NCBI GenBank assembly: GCA_964019335.1
Contig: OZ025763.1
Span: 73,335-137,334 of the forward strand
Direction of reading: 5' to 3'
DNA length: 64,000 bases
Origin: Diplonema japonicum
Taxonomy: Eukaryota > Protista > Euglenozoa: Diplonemea
Under the pieces are notes generated by a model. That model was given only the letters and a program-made list of their open reading frames with translations, was not told the DNA's origin and did no database searches. Every line of letters starts with the position of its first letter. The first letter of the stretch is position 1. The position numbers were made by a program, and so were the translations under genes. This document shows positions 47,691-58,493 of this stretch, piece after piece.

Positions 47691-48128
47691 TATTCTATTT
47701 TTATTTTATCTCCCCCCCCCCCCCCCCCCTTCTTCTGTGTTTCGTCTCAACAACCGCAGCCGAGCACAACCTTGCTCTTGAAGAAAAAAAAGGGGGGGGG
47801 GAAGAAATGTACAATTGACTCCTATTTATATTTTTTTTATTGTATTTTTTGCTTCCGCTTAAAAACAACTATTTATTTAGTGAAAATAATATCGTATGAT
47901 TTTCACGCGGTGGTGGTGGCAGTGGTTTAACAGTGGGTATATATGACTTCATGAGCGAAGCGAGTGCAGTAACATCAACGAGTTCAACATGCCACCACAA
48001 GTGAAAATCGGATCTATTTTCACTAAATCCGTTGTTTTATTAACGTCAGTCAGATTTGAAAGTGTGGGGTATTACAAGCAACAAGTTACAAATCTTACTG
48101 GGGGTGCTACTACTGGGGGTGCTACAAC

Positions 48129-48352
48129 ATGTACACGGTGGACGGGAAGGGGGACTACATCACCACAGGGGCAGGCACTATGGTCGCCATCCCCGCAAAG
48201 AAGGGAGAGGAGGAAGAGAAGGTGGAGGAGGGTGTCGATGCTGGCGAGCCCCTCGCCCACACCCACGAGTACACCTGGTACCAGAAGGTCGCTGGCTTCA
48301 CCACCCACAGCTTCGACTCCACCTTCACCACCCTCACTACTAAGTTTGTGCG
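48129..48352 (+). pseudogene. C-terminal fragment of purple acid phosphatase
   Basis: YTVDGKGDYITTGAG..QKVAGFTTHSF..TLTTKFV; shares CACCCTCACTACTAAGTTTGTG with 6011-6032. Confidence 0.55.
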
Positions 48353-48634
48353 CAAAGGAGCGTGGCCTCTCTTGCGACCTATTGGCATGAGGCTCTTGGC
48401 TGGGTCAAGGGTGGGCATCGTTCAAGACGGGAATCCCAAAGATCACCCATTGGGATTTGACAAAGCTGATTCTCTTCTCGGAGTATAATTCAGGTCAGAC
48501 TCTACTTTTTTACAAAATGTTGTTCTGTGTTTATTTCTTTTTTTACAACTGTATTTTTGTTATTTGTTTTTCTTATTCTCTCCACCCCCCATTCTTAATC
48601 ACTTCAGCTACCTGCACAACAACAACTACAAAGT

Positions 48635-50258
48635 ATGGATCCTTCGACACTTCAGAAGTACGAGCAAGGGGAGCGCCTCGGGTCCGGCGGACAGGGGTCG
48701 GTGTACAAGGCAGTGAGGAGGGTGGATGGAGATATCTTTGCGATGAAGGTGTTGGAGGCGCTCGAAGAAGAGGTGCACAAGAAGAACGTGGAGGAGGTGC
48801 AGCACATGCTGAAGCTGAAGCACAGGAACCTGGTTCCCTGCCTTGACTTCTTCGAGACGACAAAGCAGCTGGCAAAGGAATCCCTTGCGAAGGTGTGGCG
48901 GGTTCAAATCGTGATGCCCTTGTACGGAAAAGGGGACCTCTACTCATGCGTTCAAAAGGAGGGACCCCTCTCTCCTGAGAGGGCGGACCGGCTCTTGCGG
49001 GAGATGGGAGGGGTCCTTCAGTACATTCACGGTGAGGGCTTCATCCACAGGGACGTGAAACCCCAAAACATCATGGTGTCGGGGAAGGTATCTCCTCCTT
49101 CTGCGGCCAGTGTCGTTGGTGGCGGCTGCGGGGGGGAGGCAGAGTTCATCCTGGCTGACCTGGGACTGTCGAAGGAGGTGTCCTCCGGTGGGGTAGCGAG
49201 CAGCTATACAGGCACACCAGCTTACATGGCACCCGACATCTTAAACGGAGAGGACAGCTACACCAACAAAGTAGACATGTGGGCCCTTGGGGTGACTGTG
49301 TGCAACGTGGGCTCCGAGAAGACCTGAGGGATCTCTTTCTGAAGTACCTGCATCCTAACAGGGAGCTTGTGATGGAGACACTTCAGACCCACCTCCCCCC
49401 TGCCCTCTTCGGGGTTGTGCTCCGCCTCCTCTCCACCGACCCTTTGGAACGGGCCAGTGCAGCTGAGATGCTTCAGACGGGACCCCCTGGGATGGTTCCT
49501 CAGCCGACTGGAATAGTTCTTCTCGCGTTTGGGAGTGTTGATGGTGGAGAAGAGAGGAAAAAGAAGCTCTGCGTGGCTGTGGGAGCAGGAGCGGAGGAGG
49601 TTCGAGTGGCGGCAGCAAAGGCCTTCTCTTCGGGGGGGCAGGAGCTCCTCAGGGTGCGCAGGTTGGAGGTCTTCGACAAGGACTTCGGGGAGTTCGTGGA
49701 GGAGGACGACTGGGACATCGTGTTCGAGGACAAGGGACGGGTCCGTGTCGTGTTTGAAGCACCGTTCCCAACCACCGCCACTTCTTCAGCCACCTGTGAC
49801 AGCAGCAACATGCCACCCTGCTTCATCCAACCTGCTGCGAACAACAACAACAACAACAACAACACCACCCTCACAAAAGAGGAGGGGAGGCTTGCCTTGC
49901 TCAACGCTGTTTCAAAAGGCGACCTTGAGGAGATGAGGATCCTTATTCTGGAGCGGGGTGTTGACCCTGGTGCAGCGGACAGCAATGGTTTCACAGCCCT
50001 GCACCGTGCTGCTGGAAACAACTGTGTGGAGGCTGTGGCTGCTCTCGTCTGTTCTTACGACCAGGACCCTGGTGTCAGAAGCAACGACGGTTTGACACCG
50101 GTTCATTCTGCAGCAGTGAAAGGCCACCTCGAGACCGTTAAATATCTTGTCGAAACTCGGGGTCTCGACGCAGGTGTCAAAAGCAACAGCGGTCGGACAC
50201 CGGTTCATGCGGCAGCAGAGAACGGCCACCTCGAGACCGTTAAATATCTTGTCGAAAC
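48635..50258 (+). pseudogene. Kinase - PB1-like - poly-Asn - ankyrin gene copy 2 (frameshift ~49311, truncated by insertion at 50259)
   Basis: Near-identical to the 5' part of copy 1, with upstream homology from ~48449; 1-nt deletion; (AAC)8; breaks after KYLVET. Confidence 0.85.
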
Positions 50259-50331
50259 GCTAGATCCCTCCTTCCTTCCCTTCCTCTTTCATTCCTTCCC
50301 TTCCTTCCTATTCTACTGCTGCATTTCCTCG

Positions 50332-50365
<34 letters not shown>

Positions 50366-50395
50366 TTATTCTCGTCTTCTTCCGCCACTGTCAGT

Positions 50396-52106
50396 ATGAA
50401 CGTCAACCTCATACTGGACAAGCTGGAGAGCTTGAAGGGAGGGTCCCTTACGGTGGAGGTGAGGACCCAGATATATCGGATGATCAACCTGATCACCGAT
50501 ATGATGGTGGCGGGGATGGGGCAGGGGCCGGCCCTGCAGGTGTCTACACCGGCGCGGAGGACGCAGCCGGAGCCGCAGCAGCCGCCCGTGCTGACGCCGG
50601 GGCCATGGAGGACGCCGTGGAGGGCTCCACGGACCCCCGGGAAGCCGACGAAGCAGCCCCAGGCCGGGGGGGGTGGGGGGAAGTGGAGCGAGGTGGTCCG
50701 CCGCGGCCGCCCCACCCCAGAAGGAGCGGCAGGGGAGCCTGCGAGGGAGGCGAGACTGGTCCCGGGTGACTGGGGCACCGGAAAGGGAACAGCAGGTGGA
50801 AGTAGGGGGAGACTTCGTTCAGCTTGACCCGATTGATGTGGTGATGGGCATCCCAATTCCGAGAGCGATGGTGCCACTGAGGGCGAGGCCGGGGGACCGA
50901 CTGCTCAAGTTCATCATCCAGTTCGAGGGCCGGGTGGAGATCATCCTTGAAGAAGGAACGGACCCTGGAAGGGAGAGGACTGAGGAGATGCTTCTTGCGA
51001 AGGCCGAGTCGCTGGGTGTTCCACTGGAGGTGGCTATGGCTGGCCAGATTGGTATCGCTGGACTTGGATACATGATGGTAAAGCAGTACTTCGCAAGCTT
51101 GGAAGGTGGGTCGGACGGAGAGCGCCGCAGCCGCATTGTGGGTTGTGAGGTGCAGAAGTCGGAAACATACCGCGAGTTCGAGTTCCCGAGGACGGTCCAG
51201 GATTTCCAGATCACGTACGCGTGTGGGTGTTCGGCGGTGCAACCTGTTCGTTTCAAGGGTGGCGTGCTCAAGGGGACTCTGGAAACGGCATGGAGGGTGG
51301 TCAAGTTGCAGACCCGGGGGTGCAGACACCACCCGACACCGGGGAAGGAAGGGGTAGTGGGCATTGCGGCGGGAGCCGGCGCTACCAAGGTGACACTACG
51401 TGAGTTCTTGGAGAGGTGCGACGCAAGGATAAGGGCCCCAGTGGGAAAGGTCAAGGACCTGATCAAAGTGAAGGCGTGGGTGAGGGATGGAAGGAAGGTC
51501 ACCCTCGACGTCTACGAGGGGAGGGGGCCCTGCGAGAAGGAGACGAGGCGCACTGTCCAGGACCATCTGCGGAAGATGGGTGTTGAAGAGGTCGACCTGC
51601 AGTCAGCGGTGGTGACGGTCCCGGGGTTGTTCGAGGACGTCTCCTTTGAGAGGTACCTTGGGCTGTTGGCCCGGAAGAAGGAGGAAGACAGGGAGAGGCG
51701 GCCTGAGGTGGTTGCCACGGACCTCCCCACCCTGGAAGAGCTGAAGTGGAGCAAGAAGGACAAGAAGCGGGCCCGGGCCCGATCGGCCAGTACTGACTCG
51801 GATTGTGTGGAGGGTGGCTACATCTATCTGAAGGGTACGGGGGCGGATGGCACCGTGGTCGAAGCCAACATATGCAGGGGTGAGCTCAAGGGGATGACCG
51901 GGCCCCAGTTCAAGTTCTTGGCGGAGCACAGGTTGATGGAAGAGCTGGGGAGCGACGACCTGGTGCGGGACACGGTCAAGGTGCGCAACAAGGAGAACTG
52001 GGCCCCGGTGAACAGTGCGGTGGCTTGGCTGCAGCTCGAGTCGGGGAGGGCACGGGTGGGGCCCATACCCCACAAGAAGAGGTCCAAAGGCTCGCTGGCC
52101 AGATAG
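50396..52106 (+). CDS. Putative retroelement ORF1/gag-like protein (two overlapping frames, shift near 50710)
   Basis: ORFs 50396-50827 and 50673-52106; purine/GC-rich composition like the neighbouring CRE ORFs; KWSEVVRRGR motif; no recognisable domain. Confidence 0.4.
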
Positions 52107-52801
52107 GCCAGCGGGGGTGTGGGGGGCTGTTCTCCCCCCCCCCCGCCATAGGAAGATGTGAAACTTTTTTTTTTTTTTTCTGAGAAAAAAAAAAAGGGAA
52201 AAATAAAAGAATAGGGAACAGGTGCTACAACGGCCAGGCTAGATAGAACCACTTAGATTTTTTTTTTTTTCCTTTTTTTTTTTTTCTTTTTGTTTTTCCT
52301 TTTTTTTTTTTTTTTTTTTTTTTATATTTTTCTGTTTTTCTTTTTCTTTTTCTTTTTGAAGTGGAACCATCTCGGTCGACGTTTTTTTTTTTTTTTTTTT
52401 CTTTTTTCTTTTGTGGTGATGTGTTTTTCCTGTTTTTGATTTTCTTCTTCCCCCGCTGCTTTTTCGCATGGACATTGGTCACTCTGCCCCTTTCCCCTTT
52501 TTTGATTCTCCCTCTTTCCCCCTCCTAAATTTTACCCCCTGCCCCACTCATTCCTCCCTAGTATGTTTTTGAATTTGCCTCTTCTTCTTTTAAGCCTTTT
52601 TTGAGATTTTTATTTTTGAATTTTTATCATTTGGAGTTGCTTCTTCTTCTTCCCCTCTCCCTCCCATAAAGAAAAAGAGAAACCCATGCCTTCCTCCCAG
52701 GTTGGAACTTGATTGTCTGTTTTGGAATATTTTTATTTTCTCTTAAGATTTATCGTGCCTTGTGTGTCTTTTGAAGAAAAAAAAAAAAAAAAAAAAAAAC
52801 A

Positions 52802-53120
52802 TTCTCAAGTCCCCCTTTTTATTTATTTTCTCAAGTCCCCCTTTTTATTTATTTTCTCAAGTCCCCCTTTTTATTTATTTTCTCAAGTCCCCCTTTTTAT
52901 TTATTTTCTCAAGTCCCCCTTTTTATTTATTTTCTCAAGTCCCCCTTTTTATTTATTTTCTCAAGTCCCCCTTTTTATTTATTTTCTCAAGTCCCCCTTT
53001 TTATTTATTTTCTCAAGTCCCCCTTTTTATTTATTTTCTCAAGTCCCCCTTTTTATTTATTTTCTCAAGTCCCCCTTTTTATTTATTTTCTCAAGTCCCC
53101 CTTTTTATTTATTTTCTCAA
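52802..53120 (+). repeat. Perfect 26-bp minisatellite, ~12 copies (TTCTCAAGTCCCCCTTTTTATTTATT)
   Basis: CTCAA recurs at 52804, 52830 ... 53116. Confidence 0.95.
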
Positions 53121-53180
53121 AAAAAAACGAGGTCGCAGGCGCCAGGGGTGCAACCCGCAGCGGCACCTAGCGAAGACTTC

Positions 53181-56100
53181 ATGAAGGTATCGGATCCAGT
53201 AGAGAAAAGAGTGGACCCGGGGGTCGGAAGAGCGGAGGAAGCCGCCCCGTTGAAGTCAAAGACAGACCTGTACTGCCCCGTGTATGGGTGCGAGAGGTCG
53301 CTAAGGATGAAGGGGAGGGCCTTCATGTCGTTCGCGACCCTGACGGAGCACCTGAACGATCACCTGATGGAGTCGGAGGTATCGCAGGCGGATCTGCGGG
53401 GCATAGGCCTGCGCCCGTGTGTCTGTGGGAGACTGGCGAGCACGGAGAAGGGTGCGCACGAGGAGTGCCTGAAGGAGATGGGAGAGTTCGCCCCCACCGA
53501 GAGATGCGCGGCGCCGCACAGGTCGGAGCTCCCCTCCCTGGATGAAGTGATGTCGGCAAAAGTAAGGGTGCTGAAGTGGGTCCCAGACAGCCTGAGGAGG
53601 GACTGGAGTGTGGCACTCAAACAATGCATGGACAGGGTAGTGGAAGAGAAGACCTACGAGTCCTGGGTCATGCTCATGATGCTCCCCAAGGTGTGCCTCT
53701 CGAAGCGCAAGGGTGGGAAGGATAGGAGGAAGACCAACGAGAAGAACAACAAGAACAAGCTCGCACAGTGGCTGAGGGGAGAACACAAGGAGCTGTGGGA
53801 GGACCTGCCGAAGCCTAAGTATGTACCTCCGAAGGAGCCGACGGAGGAGACACGCCTGAGCAGAGCGGAGACGCTGACCAGGGAGATGAGATTCTCCCAG
53901 GCGAATGCGGCCTTGACGGCGGTAGGGCTAGCGGACGACGACGAGGACACAGAGAGGAAACTCGAGGCGCTACACCCGAGACCAATGCATGACCCGAGCC
54001 TGCTGGACCTGGGGGAGCCGGAAGAGGCGGAAGTGCTTACACCCCTGGAGTGTGTCCGCACCCTGCAGGACCTGGGCAAGGGGAAGTCGGCGGGCCCTTC
54101 GGGCCTCAGCGTGGAACATCTCCGGGCAGCTGTGGAGGGCAGGGCGAAGGCGAAAGGGATCACAGAGTCGCTGACAAGGACGTGCAATGTGATGGTCCAG
54201 GGGGAGGTCCCGAGTGACGTCGTCCCGTTCCTAGCAGGCGGTTCACTTACTCCGCTGAAGAAGCCGGACAAGGGAGTTCGCCCAATCGCGGTGGGCGAAT
54301 GCCTGAGGAGGTTAGTGGCGAAAGCCCTGGTCGTGAAAATAGCCCCTGCAGTTGCCACGGAGTACTTGAGGAAAGGTGGTCAACTGGGGGTGGCGGTGCC
54401 GGCGGGCATGGAAGCGGCTGTGCACACCTTTAGGCAATACGTGAAGAGGGAGAGGGAACAGGGAGAGGGAAACAGGGTAATCGTGAAGGTGGACTACGCG
54501 AACGCCTTCAATTCTATGAGCAGGCACGAGATCTTGCGACAAGTGAGGGCGAAGGCTGCTGGGGCGGAAAAATGGGCGCAACTTTGTTACAAGAATCCCA
54601 CGAACCTGCTGTACGGGGATGGGAAGGTCCTGCAGTCGAAGGAGGGTGTGCAGCAAGGGGATCCTCTGGGACCCCTCTTCTTCTCCCTCGCCCTCCAACC
54701 CATCATTGAAAAGGTCAAGGAACAGACGGACTTGGACATCTGTCAGTTTTACCTGGACGATGGGGTCTTCGCGGGCGAGGTGGAGCAAGTGAGGAAGGCG
54801 GTGGACATCCTGACGGAGTTGAGCGCAGATGTTCACCTGTCGGTGAAGCCGGCGAAATGCGAACTCATCTGGGTACGCGGGGAGAAGCCCAACGACCCAG
54901 CCGAGTGGGGCTTCAAGGGCTTCAGAAAGGACAAAGTGTCCCGCGACGGCAACTTCGAGCTGCTAGGGGCACCGATCGGCACACCGGAGTACACGACCGC
55001 CTTCCTCCACAGGAAGATCGACAGGCTGGCGGAGACCTTCCGGATGCAGTCGAAGATGCGGGCACAGTCGGGGTACGCCCTCCTTCGCAGCTGCCAGTCT
55101 TTCGGCAAGATGGTGCACTTCATGCGGACCATCCCTGAGACCCATGTTGGGGACGCCATGCAGAGGTTCGACGAGTTGGTCAGATCGACGATGGGGTGCC
55201 TGGCGGGAGGGGAGCTGGAGGGGCACCAGTGGAAACAAGCAAGCCTAGCAGTAAGGAGGGGAGGGCTGGGCCTGAGGAGCTGCCAGGAGCACCTGAGAGT
55301 GGCGAACATCGCATCCCTGGTGGCGACGCGGAACATCTCCCAGGAGATCGACCCCATGTACGACTGGGATTCCGCGGCAGACTGGGAGGAGCACTGCAGG
55401 TGGCTGAACGAGAAGGTCCCGGGCGAGGCGGCCCTGATGAGCGTGGGGCTCTTGAAGGACTACCCGAAGGCAGCTCAGCAGAGGCTCCTGTCCCTCATTC
55501 TCGAGGACAGCGCATGGCAAGGCCTCCTGGGGGAGGCAGGGAAGGAAGACAAGGCCAGGATCCGCGGGACGGCGATGCAAGGAGCCGGGGCATGGCTGGT
55601 GGCCCCCCTCACCCATGGCAACCTGATGAACGATGAGGAGTTCAAGGTGGCGACGAGGTGGTGGCTCGGGGCGCCTCTATACCAAGAGGGCACACAGTGC
55701 TTGAACTGCGGGGAGGAAATGGACGCCCGAGGAGACCACGCGCAGTGCTGCAAGAACGGAGGGACCACGCAACACCGCCACAACGGGGTGAGGGACGTCC
55801 TGTATGACCAGTGCAGGGAGGGGGCGATAGATGTGGTCAGGGAGGAGAAGCACATCGTGGCTGGCTCATCGGCAAAGCCAGCGGACATCCTCCTCCCGAG
55901 CGGGATACAAGGAAACGGCCACGGGCTGGCGGTGGATGTGACGGTGGTGCACCCTCGGACGGTGGGCAACCTGGAACAGGCCTCAAAAACTGCTGGCTAC
56001 GCTGCGAACAAGGCCCAGGAGGCGAAGAACAAGAAGCACATGGAAGCGTGCAAGGAGGCTCACAAGCAGTTCCGCCCTTTTGCGGTGGAAACGTTTGGGG

Positions 56101-57581
56101 GTCTGGCAGGGCAGGCCAGGGAGTTCTTGAAGGAGGTGGCATCTGAAGCAGCGAAGAGGACGCGACGACACAGGGTGGAGGTCTTCAACGACATGAAGGC
56201 CGCAGTGTCGGCGGCCGTGGTCAAGGGCGTGGCGAGGGCGGCCATCAGGAAGGGGAAGGTTCTGGTGGAGAAGATGGAACTGGACTCGGAAGCGGAGCAG
56301 CACTCCCAGGAGGAGAGGAGGGAGCGGGAGGATCAGGAGGCGATGGAACGGGAAGCTGCGGCTACAGGAATGGAGGAGGAGGTAGCTGAGGCGGCGTTCT
56401 ACCTGACAGGGATGGCTGCTCTGGCCGCGGCGAAGGCGGCGGAGAACAAGTTCCAGGAGGAGGCAGAGAGGAGGACCGCGAACCTGGCGGCCGCGGCGGT
56501 GGTAGCAGCAGCGTCAGCGGCAGCAAAAGCAGCGGCGGAGCGGGTGGACGCGGAGATGGGAGAGGAGGAGACAGGGAGCGGCACAATCCAAAACACAAAA
56601 GCTGGCCCTGTGAGGAGCGGAGAGGAAGGAGGGGCCCGGAACCAGGGGGCGGTGGATGGCACAGAAAACAATCAAACAGCTAACCAGCGCACCGAGGGGA
56701 AGGACCAGCAGGCAGAGACCACGACAGGCACAATCCAAACACACACAGCCGACGGGGTCGAAGCCGAGGACGCACAGGGAAGCCAAGCCATTCTTCCGGA
56801 GATGGAGTTGCGTGACCCGAAGGAGCCGTACATCGTCGTCGCCACGCACCACGGGGATGTGGTCGCGGAAGGGGAGACCCAGTTCGACGCACAGGAGTGG
56901 CTCCAGAGGGTGAAACAAGTGATGGAGGAGTGCAGCGGGGAGGAGAGCGAAGAGTACTCCCAGCTGCTGCGCGACGAGTGCACCACGTCGGACGGGGGAG
57001 AGGGGAGGCTGTACGACCTTGTGGCGAGGATAGAGCAAGCACAGGAGGTCCGGCCTGGAGGCAGGAGGGTGACTATCTTCCCCACGGGGGCGGAAGAGGG
57101 GGTGAGCTACACTCTCAATACCCAGCCCGACGTGGATCCCGAGGTGTTCAGGTGGAGGATAGTCGCGAGCAACATGGCGAACGGCACCGAAGGGAACCTG
57201 CACCTGGTGAAGGTGCAAGAGGAGGGTGGGGAAGTGGTCCCCGTGGCGGAGTACCAGAGGGTCTTGGAGGCGCGGAAAAGACACAGGGATTTCGCGGCGG
57301 GGATGAGGCGGGTGAAACAGGAGGAAGGGGCAAACAAGAGGCAGAGGGAGGGGAGCGAGGGGACGATGGTGGGAACCCCGGACGGACAAGGGAAGTCGGT
57401 GGAGGTCCAAAAGTCCAGGAAACAGCTCGCCCCTGCGCGTGGGGTGGAGGCGCAGGAGGAGATGGACACCTATGTCGGGAGGTTGTCACCATCATCTTCG
57501 GAGGGGGGCTCCCAAAGCGCGACCCCCCGAAGCCCCATCCCCCTTCAGATGGAGGGGGTTGATGACAGCGAGTATAATTGA
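53181..57581 (+). mobile_element. CRE/SLACS-like non-LTR retrotransposon ORF: zinc fingers, RT, zinc knuckle, restriction-like endonuclease, long acidic tail
   Basis: CPVYGC..HLNDH; RPIAVGE, VDYANAFN, GVQQGDPLGP, YLDDG, RRGGLG, CLNC..DHAQCC, RHNGVRD, PADI..VDVT, FAVETFG; poly(A) from 57616. Confidence 0.92.
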
Positions 57582-57615
57582 GAGGGATAGTTAAATAGGG
57601 AAAACTACAAAGGAG

Positions 57616-57646
<31 letters not shown>

Positions 57647-57733
57647 AAAAGAAAAAGAAAGAGAGAAAGAAGAGAGGGAGAGAAACAGGGTTAGTATGCT
57701 TTCGTTAAAGCGCTCCCCCATACATGCATTTTA

Positions 57734-57764
<31 letters not shown>

Positions 57765-57818
57765 TAGTCCTTGTTTTCCCTTAACAATGTTTTGGTCAAA
57801 ACGTTCTTTAGGGAAGGG

Positions 57819-57857
<39 letters not shown>

Positions 57858-58052
57858 ATAAAAAGAAAGAGAAGAAAGCAATTGATTGTCTGCTTCTCTT
57901 CTCCCTCTCTATTTTTACTTTTATTTTTATTTATTTTAGTCAAAGGGTGCCCCAACCAGCTTCCTTTAAATCATCGAGCTTATTTTTATTTTTAATTTTA
58001 GTTTTAGTCTTAAATTGTGTTTTATTTTTATTTTTAGTTTTATTTTTAATTA

Positions 58053-58093
<41 letters not shown>

Positions 58094-58493
58094 TTGTTTC
58101 TTTTTCTTATTTTTCTTTCTATCTTAAAATTTTTAATCTTCCTAGTTTAAAAGTTTAAAAGAAAGAAAATGAAAAAGATTGTTTGATATGGGTTCTAGGT
58201 TTTAAAAAAAAAAAAAAAAAAATTAATTAATTCTTTTTCCCTCCTCCATCTCTTCCTCTCAAGTTTCGATAGCCCTCCCACCCCCCCCAACTTTCTTGAA
58301 CTTCTTTTCACCTTTTTCCCCCCCTACCTCTCCTTGGTTCCCAGTGAACGAGAAAGAACGAAAGTAAATAAAAAAAGCCTTTCCCGTCCCTTGTTCACTC
58401 CGCCGTGCACCCCGATATCCTCCTCCCTTTAGTTTCTTCCCCCTAGTTTCGCACGGGTGGGTCCATTGTTATTTGCCAAAAAAAAACCCGCAA

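Noticed and set aside
50259-52244. GCTAGAT at 50259 and 52238 as a TSD delimiting a separate element
   Set aside because: Only 7 bp, not derived from the ankyrin target, and the ankyrin sequence does not resume afterwards.
52802-53120. CRISPR-like array
   Set aside because: Perfect head-to-tail 26-mers with no spacers, no cas genes, eukaryotic context.
52713-53180. N-terminal 156 aa of the 1622-aa ORF
   Set aside because: Read-through of poly(A) and the minisatellite; the plausible start is ATG 53181 or an upstream splice.
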